A stretch of DNA of 64,000 nt from Trichormus sp. ATA11-4-KO1 (GCA_019358915.1 JAHHIM010000036.1:416001-480000), one strand, 5' to 3'; positions 1 through 10,637 are shown, counted from the first letter of the stretch. The notes: generated by a model from the sequence alone, not told the origin. Translations and numbers: made by a program.

Positions 1-12
1 TCTATTGCCGCC

Positions 13-405
13 TTGCAGACTCGTAGATTTATTTCTCACTTCCTAACCATAACCATCCACCAGCAGCAGATTGAGAAGTTTGGTGGCACATTTGGTATTA
101 GAGACAAAGGCTTGCTAGATTCAGCCTTAGCTCAACCTCAAGCAACATTTGGCGGGGAACTTCTCCATCGGACAATTCACGAACAAGCAGCAGCTTACTT
201 ATACCACTTAGCAATGAACCATCCTTTTGTAGATGGCAATGAACGTACAGCTTTCGCTGTTATGGATACCTTCATTACCTTGAACAGCTACAGTTTGAAC
301 TTGTCAGATGCAGAAGCTTACAAATTGGTAATTCAAGTAGTTCAGAAGGAAATATCCAAAGAAGAATTATCTACATTTCTAGAACTGCACCTACAGCGCA
401 AGTAA
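13..405 (+). CDS. Doc/Fic-family (death-on-curing) toxin-like protein with variant active-site motif
   Basis: [12 protein letters not shown] and [12 protein letters not shown] (Doc consensus HPFxDGNKRT); TTG start; any antitoxin would lie upstream, outside the window. Confidence 0.85.
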   Translation: MQTRRFISHFLTITIHQQQIEKFGGTFGIRDKGLLDSALAQPQATFGGELLHRTIHEQAAAYLYHLAMNHPFVDGNERTAFAVMDTFITLNSYSLNLSDAEAYKLVIQVVQKEISKEELSTFLELHLQRK

Positions 406-446
406 ATCGATACAATAATGCTCTGTACTCTTGGTGCATTATTTCC

Positions 447-2828
447 ATGACCGCCACATCCTCTACTCCCTTTTCTCCCCAAGAAATTGCCGCCGAAGGT
501 TTAAAGCCAGAAGAATACGCAGAAATTGTTAGCAGGTTAGGGCGTCATCCCAACAAAGCTGAACTGGGAATGTTTGGCGTGATGTGGTCTGAGCATTGCT
601 GTTACAAAAATTCACGCCCGTTACTCAAACAGTTTCCCACGACAGGCCCCCGTATCCTCGTTGGCCCCGGCGAAAATGCTGGGGTTGTCGATTTAGGCGA
701 CGGACTACAACTGGCATTTAAAATCGAATCTCATAACCACCCTTCAGCCGTTGAACCTTTCCAAGGAGCTGCTACAGGTGTGGGAGGGATTCTCAGAGAT
801 ATCTTTACAATGGGTGCGCGTCCCATTGCCTTATTAAACTCATTACGTTTCGGTCCCCTAGAAGATCCAAAAACTCAACGTTTATTTAGCGGTGTTGTCG
901 CTGGGATTAGTCACTATGGTAACTGTGTGGGTGTGCCCACCATCGGCGGTGAAGTTTACTTTGACCAGGCTTACTCTGGAAATCCCTTGGTGAACGTGAT
1001 GGCACTAGGATTGATGGAAACATCAGAAATTGTTAAATCTGGGGCGTCTGGCTTAGGTAACCCGGTGCTGTATGTTGGTTCTACCACTGGACGTGATGGT
1101 ATGGGTGGAGCAAGTTTTGCTAGTGCTGAATTAAGTGATAAATCAGTTGATGACCGTCCGGCTGTGCAAGTAGGCGACCCTTTTTTAGAAAAGTCATTGA
1201 TTGAAGCTTGTTTAGAAGCCTTTAAGACTGGTGCAGTTGTCGCCGCCCAGGATATGGGCGCAGCTGGTATCACCTGTTCTACTTCAGAGATGGCAGCTAA
1301 AGGCGGCGTAGGTATTGAATTGGATTTAGATAAAATTCCCGTGCGAGAAACGGAGATGGTTCCCTATGAATACCTGCTTTCGGAATCTCAAGAAAGAATG
1401 CTGTTTGTTGCCCACAAGGGACGTGAACAAGAGCTAATTGATATTTTCCAGCGTTGGGGACTTCATGCTGTGGTTGCGGGCACAGTAATTGCTGACCCCA
1501 TTGTGCGAATTCTCTTTCAGGGTAAAGTAGCGGCAGAAATTCCGGCTGAGGCTTTGGCGGAAAACACGCCACTTTATGAGCGGGAGTTATTGACGGAACC
1601 ACCAGAATATGCCCGTCAAGCTTGGCAATGGCAGCCTGATTCCTTACCTGCTTGTACAATTACTGGCATTAAAATTCAGGGAAAAACGCAAAGTTGGACT
1701 GATATTTTATTAAAGTTGCTCGATACACCCACGATCGCTTCAAAAAATTGGGTGTATCGTCAGTATGACCATCAAGTGCAGAATAATACTGTCATCCTGC
1801 CAGGTGGCGCAGATGCGGCTGTAGTGCGGTTGCGTCCCGTGGAGACAATTAAAAATGAAAAATTAAAAATTGAAAATCTCAAATCGGCAGTGGCGGCTAC
1901 GGTAGATTGTAATCCGCGTTATGTTTATCTTGACCCTTATGAGGGTGCTAAGGCAGTGGTGGCAGAAGCTGCCCGTAATCTTAGTTGCGTGGGTGCAGAA
2001 CCTCTAGCGGTAACAGATAACCTGAATTTTGGCAGTCCAGAAAAACCGATTGGTTACTGGCAATTAGCAGAAGCTTGTCGGGGTTTGGCAGAAGCTTGTC
2101 AAGCATTGGCAACACCAGTTACAGGTGGAAATGTCTCTTTGTACAATGAAACTTTTGATTCTCAAGGCAACCCACAACCCATTTATCCCACTCCTGTTGT
2201 GGGTATGGTAGGGTTAATTCCCGATTTCACCAAAATTTGTGGTCAAGGTTGGCAAGCAGTAGGCGATGTCATTTATCTTCTGGGATTACCTCTGACATCC
2301 TCCGTTAGTTTGGGGGGATCTGAGTATTTAGCTACTATTCACAACACTGTGGCTGGAAAACCCCCACAAGTAAATTTTGATTTAGAACGTCGTGTACAGC
2401 AAGCTTGTCGCGAGGGTATTCGTGCAGGTTGGGTACGTTCAGCCCATGATTGTGCTGAGGGGGGAGTGGCTATTGCTTTAGCCGAATCTTGTATTTCTGG
2501 CAACCTGGGAGCAAAAATTTATGTCGAAATACTAGAGACGCAGTTACAACGTCTTGATCAAGTGCTTTTTGGCGAGGGTGGGGCGAGGATTTTAGTTTCT
2601 GTAACATCAGATAAACAAGAAATCTGGGAATCCTACTTACAGGAACATCTAGGTCAGGAATGGCAAAAACTCGGTACAGTTGGTAATTCTGACAATTCTG
2701 GTGAGGGTTTGGGGGTTTTGACCACTGATAACCAAACCTTAATCAAAGTTAGTATTGAACATATGCACGATCGCTACTTCCACGCGATCGCTAAACGTCT
2801 CGCTATCCACACAAACACCCCTAGTTAA
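447..2828 (+). CDS. purL: Phosphoribosylformylglycinamidine synthase subunit PurL (small type)
   Basis: [47 protein letters not shown]; adjacent to purF. Confidence 0.98.
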   Translation: MTATSSTPFSPQEIAAEGLKPEEYAEIVSRLGRHPNKAELGMFGVMWSEHCCYKNSRPLLKQFPTTGPRILVGPGENAGVVDLGDGLQLAFKIESHNHPSAVEPFQGAATGVGGILRDIFTMGARPIALLNSLRFGPLEDPKTQRLFSGVVAGISHYGNCVGVPTIGGEVYFDQAYSGNPLVNVMALGLMETSEIVKSGASGLGNPVLYVGSTTGRDGMGGASFASAELSDKSVDDRPAVQVGDPFLEKSLIEACLEAFKTGAVVAAQDMGAAGITCSTSEMAAKGGVGIELDLDKIPVRETEMVPYEYLLSESQERMLFVAHKGREQELIDIFQRWGLHAVVAGTVIADPIVRILFQGKVAAEIPAEALAENTPLYERELLTEPPEYARQAWQWQPDSLPACTITGIKIQGKTQSWTDILLKLLDTPTIASKNWVYRQYDHQVQNNTVILPGGADAAVVRLRPVETIKNEKLKIENLKSAVAATVDCNPRYVYLDPYEGAKAVVAEAARNLSCVGAEPLAVTDNLNFGSPEKPIGYWQLAEACRGLAEACQALATPVTGGNVSLYNETFDSQGNPQPIYPTPVVGMVGLIPDFTKICGQGWQAVGDVIYLLGLPLTSSVSLGGSEYLATIHNTVAGKPPQVNFDLERRVQQACREGIRAGWVRSAHDCAEGGVAIALAESCISGNLGAKIYVEILETQLQRLDQVLFGEGGARILVSVTSDKQEIWESYLQEHLGQEWQKLGTVGNSDNSGEGLGVLTTDNQTLIKVSIEHMHDRYFHAIAKRLAIHTNTPS

Positions 2829-2979
2829 TTATTTGCATCCCCTACCCCGGGATTATTAACGTCTCTGAGCATAATTACGGTACTGTTTTAATATGTGGTT
2901 AAAGATTTATTAAGAAATCGGCAACTATCCAGCGACACAATCCCAGTGACTTGACACCCAAACCAGGAGCAAAGCTAGC

Positions 2980-4479
2980 ATGATTCCCATCCATCCCGTC
3001 ACTTCGGATGAATACCCTAATCAGACCAACAACCCAATTAATAGTCATGAACATCGTCTTGACAAGCCAGAAGAAGCTTGCGGTGTTTTTGGCATTTACG
3101 CACCGGCAGAAGATGTTGCTAAACTGACCTACTTTGGATTGTATGCCCTCCAGCACCGGGGTCAAGAATCAGCTGGTATTGCTACCTTTGAGGGTGCAAA
3201 AGTACACCTGCATAAAGATATGGGTTTAGTATCTCAAGTCTTTAATGAATCCATCTTGGATCAGTTACCTGGTAACCTAGCTGTTGGTCATACGCGTTAT
3301 TCTACTACTGGTTCTAGCCGCAAAGCTAATGCCCAGCCGGCTGTAATCAAAACCCGCTTAGGTTCATTAGCTTTAGCACATAATGGTAATTTAGTCAATA
3401 CTGTGCAACTGCGGGAAGAGTTAGTTCAGAGCAAATTTAATTTAGTCACATCTACCGATTCAGAAATGATCGCGTTTGCGATCGCCGAAGCCGTCAACGC
3501 TGGTGCAGATTGGCTAGAAGGTGCTATTCAGGCATTTCACCGTTGTCAAGGAGCCTTTAGCTTAGTTATTGGTACGGCTACTGGTGTTATGGGTGTTCGT
3601 GACCCTAATGGCATTCGTCCCCTAGTGATTGGTACTTTAGCCGGTAATCCAGTTCGTTACGTTTTGGCTTCCGAAACTTGTGGTTTAGACATCATTGGTG
3701 CCGAATACCTGCGAGATGTTGAACCAGGCGAGTTAGTTTGGATCACAGAGGAAGGTTTGGCTTCCTACCATTGGAGTCAACAGCCTCAGCGCAAGTTGTG
3801 TATCTTTGAGATGATTTACTTTGCTCGTCCTGATAGCCTCATGCACAACGAAAGTTTGTACAGCTATAGAATGCGGTTAGGACGGCAAATAGCGGCGGAA
3901 TCTGCTGTGGATGCTGATATTGTCTTTGGTGTTCCTGATTCTGGTATACCTGCTGCCATTGGATTTTCTGAGGCTTCTGGTATCACCTACGCTGAAGGAC
4001 TGATTAAAAATCGCTATGTTGGACGCACCTTCATTCAGCCGACACAATCCATGCGCGAGTCAGGAATTCGGATGAAACTTAACCCCCTCAAAGATGTACT
4101 CATGGGTAAACGAGTCATTATAGTAGATGATTCGATTGTCCGAGGTACTACCAGCCGCAAACTGGTTAAAACCCTGCGGGAAGCGGGTGCGGTGGAAGTG
4201 CATATGCGAATTTCTTCTCCGCCAGTGACTCATCCTTGCTTTTATGGCATCGATACCGATAGCCAGGAGCAGCTAATTGCGGCTACTAAGTCAGTAGAGG
4301 AAATTGCTCAACAACTGGAAGTAGACAGCTTGGCTTATCTGAGTTGGGAAGGAATGCTCAAGGCTACGGGAGAAGATACCAATAGTTTTTGCTCGGCTTG
4401 TTTTACTGGGGATTATCCTGTGGCGATTCCTGAACAAGTGAAGCGTTCTAAGCTGATATTGGAAAAAGTAGTGGTGTAG
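2980..4479 (+). CDS. purF: Amidophosphoribosyltransferase
   Basis: Propeptide then EEACGVFG Ntn cysteine, QHRGQESAG, PRPP motif VDDSIVRGTT, Fe-S cysteines (HPCFYGID, FCSACF). Confidence 0.98.
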   Translation: MIPIHPVTSDEYPNQTNNPINSHEHRLDKPEEACGVFGIYAPAEDVAKLTYFGLYALQHRGQESAGIATFEGAKVHLHKDMGLVSQVFNESILDQLPGNLAVGHTRYSTTGSSRKANAQPAVIKTRLGSLALAHNGNLVNTVQLREELVQSKFNLVTSTDSEMIAFAIAEAVNAGADWLEGAIQAFHRCQGAFSLVIGTATGVMGVRDPNGIRPLVIGTLAGNPVRYVLASETCGLDIIGAEYLRDVEPGELVWITEEGLASYHWSQQPQRKLCIFEMIYFARPDSLMHNESLYSYRMRLGRQIAAESAVDADIVFGVPDSGIPAAIGFSEASGITYAEGLIKNRYVGRTFIQPTQSMRESGIRMKLNPLKDVLMGKRVIIVDDSIVRGTTSRKLVKTLREAGAVEVHMRISSPPVTHPCFYGIDTDSQEQLIAATKSVEEIAQQLEVDSLAYLSWEGMLKATGEDTNSFCSACFTGDYPVAIPEQVKRSKLILEKVVV

Positions 4480-4720
4480 GGACTGGGGAGCGGGGGACAA
4501 GGGGAGCAGGGCAGGGCTGTTTCATTCGCTTGTGTTGGAGATTTGTCAAGAGGATAATCTCACGCAAAGGCGCAAAGACGCAAAGAAAAATCAGGTATTT
4601 CGGACTGAAGATGCCAAAATTTTTGGTCTTAATTGTGGATTTGCCCTTGCAATTTTAACCCTTTTAGGGAACGAATCAGCCCTGGGGAGCAGGGGAGCAG
4701 GGGAGCGGGGGAGCAGGGAG
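4478..4720 (+). repeat. GGGGAGCA-type short tandem repeat array interrupted by an insertion
   Basis: ggggactggggagcgggggacaaggggagcaggg before 4513 and ggggagcaggggagcaggggagcgggggagcaggga after 4683. Confidence 0.8.
4513..4683. mobile_element. MITE-like element (~170 bp) with imperfect terminal inverted repeats
   Basis: Left end AGGGCTGTTTCATTC, right end GAACGAATCAGCCCT (reverse complement AGGGCTGATTCGTTC); internal CGCAAAGA repeats shared with other loci in the window. Confidence 0.65.
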
Positions 4721-4860
4721 GAGAAGAATTTGATAATACTCGTCTTGGATGCAAGATAGTGGTAATTTTATTTTTGGAGTTACCTAATATAAGTTCTTTT
4801 TCCTCTGCTCCATGTTCAGCAAGGCTAGAATAGGTAAATCCGCCAATTCAAAGATGGTTT

Positions 4861-5427
4861 ATGAACCAGCCGACAACAGAAAGAGTATGCTGGACTACCG
4901 CCGACTTGGAGTTGTTTCCAGATAACGGGAACCGCTATGAAATCATCGACGGGGAATTGTTTGTGACAAGAGTGCCTCACTGGAAACATCAAAAAGCTTG
5001 TGTGAGAATTAGCACTGCCTTAGATATTTGGTCACAGACTAATGGACGGGGAGAAGTTGTCACTGCTCCTGGTATCATCTTTGGTGATAACGATAATGTA
5101 ATTCCTGATGTTGTCTGGGCTAGTCATGAGAGACTAACCGAGCTTTTAGATGAGGCTGGTCATTTGACAGCTGCACCGGAACTAGTGGTAGAGGTTTTAT
5201 CTTTTGGCGTTGAGAATGAAAAGCGAGATAGGGAACTCAAACTTAAACTCTACTCAACACGAGGAGTTAGAGAATACTGGATTGTGGATTGGCGCAAGCA
5301 ACAAGTAGAAGTATATAGACGCGAACAAGCAAGTTTAAAATTAGTTGCCACCTTGTTCAAAGGCGATGAACTAAATTCACCCATATTGCCTAATTTTACT
5401 TGTGCTATCGCAGCTTTATTTACTTAA
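4861..5427 (+). CDS. Uma2 family endonuclease (DUF820)
   Basis: RYEIIDGEL, IPDVVW, PELVVEVLS, KLKLYSTRGVREYWIVD. Confidence 0.93.
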   Translation: MNQPTTERVCWTTADLELFPDNGNRYEIIDGELFVTRVPHWKHQKACVRISTALDIWSQTNGRGEVVTAPGIIFGDNDNVIPDVVWASHERLTELLDEAGHLTAAPELVVEVLSFGVENEKRDRELKLKLYSTRGVREYWIVDWRKQQVEVYRREQASLKLVATLFKGDELNSPILPNFTCAIAALFT

Positions 5428-5913
5428 AAATTAGTAATGCGATCGCCATCCCTCAGAGGTGGGATTGAGCAACGCATAAAAAGTTCGAGAATCGGATTGC
5501 ATGGATATCTTACATTAATACTCATTTTGAATTTATTCGAGATGATTAATTTTTAATGTTGGGTGTCATTACTTTGAACCCAACCTACTAGCGATGTTTT
5601 TCTAAACCGTTAAATCTTTTTTATCCAGGGCTTTTGATGTTAGCAGGCGAGGAAATCTAGCTATTGCTATATTTATTTTTTCCCAGACCTATCTACAAGA
5701 GGGGTGTACATCAACAAAGCTTAGGATAGATAACCACATAACTCTAATTCTAAAGTTGGCAAATTCTCTAACTTTTAGAACTGTAGACAGTATAACTGTG
5801 GGCTGAGGACTTAAGTATTGGTATTCAGAAGAATGAAGACAGGTGTGAGGCTAGTTGGCGTTATTAAGTTTTGAATGTGTCAATGCAAAATACACTCAAC
5901 ACAGGAGTTTTTT

Positions 5914-6231
5914 ATGGCTGATGCAATCCAAAATGTTGACATCGATAGTACTATTTCTGCCTTGCAGGGGGATTTAATGTCCATACCTACCGATCAGGCA
6001 TTGGCTGTGATCAATGGTTGGCAGCAACAACTCTCAGGAACCGACATCGCTGAAGATTTGGGTGAACTCAAAAAGGCGATCGCTAGTCGCGATACGGCAA
6101 CTATTTCTGAGATTCTTGTCGATTTGGGCCAAGACACTAGAGATGCGTCTGCCAACGCTAGTGGTAATGTTGCAACTAAGGTGCAGAGACTGGGAGAACT
6201 ACTCTCTCAAGCAGGGAATTCTTTGAAATAG
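5914..6231 (+). CDS. Small acidic alpha-helical hypothetical protein
   Basis: ATG at 5914 preceded by AGGAG ribosome-binding site; amphipathic helical sequence. Confidence 0.75.
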   Translation: MADAIQNVDIDSTISALQGDLMSIPTDQALAVINGWQQQLSGTDIAEDLGELKKAIASRDTATISEILVDLGQDTRDASANASGNVATKVQRLGELLSQAGNSLK

Positions 6232-6329
6232 TTCTTGGTCTGCTTTGAATTGAACTAAAATTTAACCTAATAAACAGGATCTATACTGCCTGTTTTGGTG
6301 ACAAAAAGCTTAATCTTCTGTTAAATTAG

Positions 6330-6388
6330 CCCACATTAGCTATTCGGCGTTCGTCTTTGGCGTTCCCTTATGGTAAGTGGGTTTTTTT
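6330..6388 (+). terminator. Probable intrinsic terminator (CCCAC..GTGGG stem plus T run) with an expanded loop
   Basis: gcccacatta ... taagtgggtttttttt downstream of the 5914 gene. Confidence 0.4.
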
Positions 6389-6435
6389 AGTGTAAGTAGC
6401 CGTCATGAACTGCGTACACTAGAACACATAAAAAC

Positions 6436-6498
6436 TCTTTGTGTCTTGGTGTCTTAGTGGTTCAAGATTTTTTACCACCAAGGCACAAAGACACCAAG
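6436..6498. repeat. Palindromic dispersed repeat built on GACACCAA units
   Basis: ctttgtgtcttggtgtcttagtggt pairs with accaccaaggcacaaagacaccaag. Confidence 0.6.
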
Positions 6499-6536
6499 TT
6501 TTTTCAAGTCAGGTAGGCAAAAAGGGAAGAAAATGT

Positions 6537-7709
6537 ATGGAGCATGACTGTAAAACGCTGACTGAACTTTATCAAAATGCGCTCCTCAACGATGTACTAC
6601 CATTTTGGGAAAAAAACTCCCTAGACTGGCAGCAAGGCGGCTATTTCACCTGCCTTGATCGCCAGGGCAAGGTTTATGACACAGACAAATTTATCTGGTT
6701 GCAAAACCGCCAGATATGGACTTTTTCTATGCTGTACAACCAACTAGAAAAACGTGAAAGCTGGTTGCAAATCGCTAGCAATGGTGCTAAATTTCTCGCC
6801 CAACATGGCAGAGATGGTGATGGTAATTGGTACTTTGCTCTTACCCGTGCAGGTCAGCCACTAGTTGAACCTTATAATATCTTTTCTGATTGCTTCGCAG
6901 CGATGGCATTTAGCCAGTATGCCCTGGCTTCTGGTGAAGATTGGGCAAGGGATGTAGCGATGCAAGCTTATAACAATGTTTTACGCCGTAAGGATAATCC
7001 TAAGGGCAAATATAACAAAACTTATCCCGGTACACGCCCGATGAAATCCTTGGCTGTACCGATGATTTTAGCTAACCTAACTCTGGAAATGGCATGGCTG
7101 CTTCCCAGCGAAATCTTGGAGAATGTCTTGGCTGAGACTGTTCAGGAAGTCATAACAGATTTTCTAGACCAGGAAAGGGGTTTGATGTATGAAAATGTTG
7201 CCCCCGATGGTTCCCACGTTGATTGTTTTGAAGGACGGCTGATTAATCCTGGTCATGGTATTGAAGCGATGTGGTTCATTATGGACATCGCTAGCCGCAA
7301 AAACGACATGAAAACTATTAACCAAGCTGTTGATGTGGTATTAAATATCCTCAATTTTGCCTGGGATCATGAGTATGGCGGCTTGTATTACTTTATGGAT
7401 GCCAACGGTTATCCTCCACAACAGCTGGAATGGGATCAAAAGCTGTGGTGGGTTCACTTAGAATCTTTAGTGGCATTAGCAATGGGTTGTCGCTTGACGG
7501 GGCGTGAGGTGTGTGGTGAATGGTATCAAAAACTGCACGATTACACTTGGTCACACTTTGCTGATCCAGAATACGGTGAGTGGTTTGGCTACCTGAATCG
7601 CCGTGGAGAAGTGTTGTTAAATCTCAAGGGTGGCAAATGGAAAGGCTGCTTTCATGTCCCCCGTGCATTGTATCTTTGCTGGCGACAGTTTGAGGCGTTG
7701 AGTTCATAG
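6537..7709 (+). CDS. N-acyl-D-glucosamine 2-epimerase (AGE family)
   Basis: [45 protein letters not shown] 6537 preferred because the upstream extension is repeat-derived. Confidence 0.93.
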   Translation: MEHDCKTLTELYQNALLNDVLPFWEKNSLDWQQGGYFTCLDRQGKVYDTDKFIWLQNRQIWTFSMLYNQLEKRESWLQIASNGAKFLAQHGRDGDGNWYFALTRAGQPLVEPYNIFSDCFAAMAFSQYALASGEDWARDVAMQAYNNVLRRKDNPKGKYNKTYPGTRPMKSLAVPMILANLTLEMAWLLPSEILENVLAETVQEVITDFLDQERGLMYENVAPDGSHVDCFEGRLINPGHGIEAMWFIMDIASRKNDMKTINQAVDVVLNILNFAWDHEYGGLYYFMDANGYPPQQLEWDQKLWWVHLESLVALAMGCRLTGREVCGEWYQKLHDYTWSHFADPEYGEWFGYLNRRGEVLLNLKGGKWKGCFHVPRALYLCWRQFEALSS

Positions 7710-7767
7710 TCAGTTTAATTTCTGCTAAGAAGCTAAAGTAAAAACATAACTATCTAATGGATGTCTC

Positions 7768-7917
7768 ATGAGCGTTGTGACACCAAAGCGATTCACAATA
7801 GACGAATATCATCGTCTGATTGAACTGGGGTTTTTTCAGGAGGGCGAGTCTCTTCGAGACGGCAAAGCCGACAGTTTTTATTTATTCCCCGCTTGCAACA
7901 ATTTTCTACTGACCTGA
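7768..7917 (+). pseudogene. 5' fragment of a Uma2-family gene
   Basis: Translates MSVVTPKRFTIDEYHRLIELGFFQEGE, a typical Uma2 N-terminus, then unrelated sequence and a stop at codon 50. Confidence 0.7.
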
Positions 7918-7990
7918 CGTAAAACTTAGGCTACGATATCCCCTATTGCCTTTGTGCAATTTATGTGGGGAGTAGTGCAGGTCAATAAAC

Positions 7991-9124
7991 ATGACAGAAA
8001 ATATTCAGACACAAGACTCTTTGAGTCTGGTTGCTATTGCCGAAAAATTCACGCTTCAAGGGAAAGTTACGGGTGTTCAAGCATTTGGTAGTGGTAATAT
8101 TAATGACACTTTTCTGGTAACTCTGGATGCTGCCGAAAAAAAACATTTTGTCCTGCAACGCATTAATACACAGGTATTTCGGCAGCCAGCATTAGTTATG
8201 CAGAATATGCGTACATTAACAGAGCATGTTGGCGATCGCCTACAACGCACCCCAGTAAATCGTCGCTGGGAAATTCCCCGCGTGTTATTAACTAAGGATG
8301 CTCAAGATTACTGGCAGGATCAGGCTGGCTCATTCTGGCGGGCAATCAGCTTTATTGCAGGTTCCCAGTCCTTCGACACTCTGCAAGATAACTCACGCGC
8401 CCCGGAAATCGGCTATGCCTTGGGGATGTTCCATAATTTGATCAGCGACCTCCCCCCGGAAAAACTCGCTGACACCTTAGAAGGGTTTCATATTACACCA
8501 GTTTATCTTCAGCAATATAACGAAGTTCTGACAAGAATTAACCCACCCACATCTCCAGAAGTTAATTATTGCTTACAGTTTGTTAGCGATCGCACCACCT
8601 TTGCCCAGGTTCTAGAAAATGCCAAAGCTATAGGTGACTTGCCGTTGCGCCTGATGCACGGCGACCCGAAAATTAATAATGTGATGTTTGATACGACTAC
8701 TCAAAAAGCAGTGAGTGTCATTGACCTGGACACAGTAAAGCCAGGACTAATACATTACGACATTGGCGACTGCTTGCGATCGGGCTGTAATCCGGCGGGA
8801 GAAGAAACAGAGCAATGGGAAAGCGTTTATTTTGATACTGAATTATGTCAGGGAATTCTACAGGGTTATCTCTCTGTAGCCAAGGCATTTCTGATTGAGA
8901 ATGACTATAATTACATTTACGATGCCATTCGCCTCATTGCCTTTGAGTTAGGATTGAGATTTTTTGCTGATTATTTAGCGGGGGATGTCTACTTCAAAGT
9001 CAAGCATTCAGAACATAACTTAGCAAGAGCGTTAGTTCAGTTTAAGCTGACCGAAAGTATTGAATCTCAAGAAACCAAAATTCGCAAAATTATTCAGGAC
9101 ATGAGATTAATTCGTAATTCTTAA
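7991..9124 (+). CDS. APH/choline-kinase-fold phosphotransferase, N-acetylhexosamine 1-kinase-like
   Basis: GSGNINDTF, VLQRIN, HGDPKINNVMF, IDLDTV, YFK...HNLARA. Confidence 0.85.
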   Translation: MTENIQTQDSLSLVAIAEKFTLQGKVTGVQAFGSGNINDTFLVTLDAAEKKHFVLQRINTQVFRQPALVMQNMRTLTEHVGDRLQRTPVNRRWEIPRVLLTKDAQDYWQDQAGSFWRAISFIAGSQSFDTLQDNSRAPEIGYALGMFHNLISDLPPEKLADTLEGFHITPVYLQQYNEVLTRINPPTSPEVNYCLQFVSDRTTFAQVLENAKAIGDLPLRLMHGDPKINNVMFDTTTQKAVSVIDLDTVKPGLIHYDIGDCLRSGCNPAGEETEQWESVYFDTELCQGILQGYLSVAKAFLIENDYNYIYDAIRLIAFELGLRFFADYLAGDVYFKVKHSEHNLARALVQFKLTESIESQETKIRKIIQDMRLIRNS

Positions 9125-9143
9125 TTAAGCTGGATTTCTCCAC

Positions 9144-9695
9144 TTGCAAATTGGGATGATAAACCAGACATTTTCTTTACAACCGTTTTCCAATCACGAG
9201 TCTCTGCCTAATTTACAAATTACAGGCAGAATTATCAGATATGATAATCGGCTTGTGATTAAATATAAGCTGACTGGTGACTTAACAGAAGTTGCGATCG
9301 CTCCACCATCAGATACACCAGCGCGAAAGTATGAATTGTGGGAAGACACTTGTTTTGAGTTCTTTCTTAGTATCAAAGGTTCTCAACAATATTGGGAATT
9401 CAACCTTTCCCCCACCGGACATTGGAATGTCTATCGTTTTGATGGATACCGTCAAGGAATGCAAGCGGAAACAGCTTTTACTATACTTCCGTTTACTGTC
9501 GAACAGCAAACAGAGAGTTCTACACTTACTTTAGAGATCGATTTGGGTAAAATTGTTGCGGCAAACCAAGCGATTGAAGTGGCAATTACTACTGTTATTA
9601 AAGATATAAGTAGTAAAATTACTTACTGGGCGTTAACGCATCAAGGTGCAGAGGCTGACTTTCATTTACGAGATAGTTTTATTATTGAGTTGTAA
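9144..9695 (+). CDS. DOMON-like domain protein
   Basis: ELWEDTCFEFF, YWEFNLSPTGHWNVYRFDGYR, YWALTH...DFH; true start may be a later Met. Confidence 0.8.
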   Translation: MQIGMINQTFSLQPFSNHESLPNLQITGRIIRYDNRLVIKYKLTGDLTEVAIAPPSDTPARKYELWEDTCFEFFLSIKGSQQYWEFNLSPTGHWNVYRFDGYRQGMQAETAFTILPFTVEQQTESSTLTLEIDLGKIVAANQAIEVAITTVIKDISSKITYWALTHQGAEADFHLRDSFIIEL

Positions 9696-9754
9696 AGGCT
9701 GTCTCTCATTGGTGAGTTACACTGAAAGCAAGCTCTAGAGAAATATGCCAACCG

Positions 9755-10015
9755 ATGACACAAGCAATTCTTCATCAAATCCTGAATCAGCTTGAGGCAC
9801 TTAAACCTGAAGAATTACAGCAGCTTAATCAGGCAATCCAAAAATGTCTTGCTGCCAAAGAGACTGTTCAAAAAACCACATTTGATCAAGCACTTTTAAC
9901 ATCAGGCTTAGTCAAACAGCTTAAGGAAGCCTCTCAAACTTGGCAAACAGAACGGCGACTAATTCAGGTTCAGGGTAAGCCTGTTTCTGAGACAATAATT
10001 GAGGAACGCCGCTAG
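9755..10015 (+). CDS. Putative antitoxin of a PIN/VapC pair
   Basis: C-terminal GKPVSETIIEERR; its stop abuts a VapC-like reading frame. Confidence 0.65.
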   Translation: MTQAILHQILNQLEALKPEELQQLNQAIQKCLAAKETVQKTTFDQALLTSGLVKQLKEASQTWQTERRLIQVQGKPVSETIIEERR

Positions 10016-10105
10016 ATAGCAGTTTATTTTGTCGATAGCAGTGCTTTAGTTAAACGCTACATCAGTGAAATTGGTTCAACATGGGTTTTAAATTTATTCG
10101 ACATA
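10016..10105 (+). pseudogene. Truncated VapC (PIN) toxin N-terminus with ATA in place of ATG
   Basis: Reads (I)AVYFVDSSALVKRYISEIGSTWVLNLFDI, the first PIN motif, in frame with the ORF at 10106. Confidence 0.75.
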
Positions 10106-10351
10106 ATGATACAGCTAACATTTAAGGTTCAAGCATTTTGGGATTCAGAAGCCGAAGTTTGGGTTGCAACTAGTGAAGACTTGCCGGGGTTGGTAACAGA
10201 AGCTTTTACAATGGAGTCTCTGACGAACAAGCTCCGAGAAATGATTCCTGAGATTATGATTCTCAATCGAGTCGTCCCTCCTGACTACGTGGGTTCTATC
10301 AGATTTGACTTGACCAGCCATCGACAGGAGTTGATAGAGGTAGCTTCCTAG
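10106..10351 (+). CDS. DUF1902 / HicB-like antitoxin
   Basis: WDSEAEVWVATSEDLPGLVTEA; directly coupled to a HicA-like gene. Confidence 0.85.
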   Translation: MIQLTFKVQAFWDSEAEVWVATSEDLPGLVTEAFTMESLTNKLREMIPEIMILNRVVPPDYVGSIRFDLTSHRQELIEVAS

Positions 10352-10549
10352 ATGGGTGTGTCGTTTACTCCTGAGTTGAAAAGTATTCTTTCGGAAGCTG
10401 GTTGCTACTTTGAAAGACAAGGCAGAGGAGATCATGAAATTTGGTACAGTCCTATCACAGACCGTCGTTTTGTCGTAGATGGTTCAATCAAGTCACGCCA
10501 CACAGCTAACGCAGTTTTGAAACAAGCAGGACTGCCTAAAACATTTTAA
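10352..10549 (+). CDS. HicA-family mRNA interferase toxin
   Basis: GCYFERQGRGDHEIW ... ANAVLKQAGL; TAGATG coupling to the upstream gene. Confidence 0.88.
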   Translation: MGVSFTPELKSILSEAGCYFERQGRGDHEIWYSPITDRRFVVDGSIKSRHTANAVLKQAGLPKTF

Positions 10550-10602
10550 TTTCTTTTGTTGTTTGGATGGCGATCGCCTTCATCTAGACCATACCTAAAT
10601 TT

Positions 10603-10631
10603 AGGTGCGTTAGCAAATGTGTAACGCACCT
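10603..10631. terminator. Hairpin between convergent hicA-like gene and cysH
   Basis: AGGTGCGTTA-N9-TAACGCACCT perfect 10-bp stem. Confidence 0.5.
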
Positions 10632-10637
10632 TTAGGG

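Noticed and set aside
4532..4833. Two short plus-strand ORFs
   Set aside because: Translations of MITE and GGGGAGCA repeats
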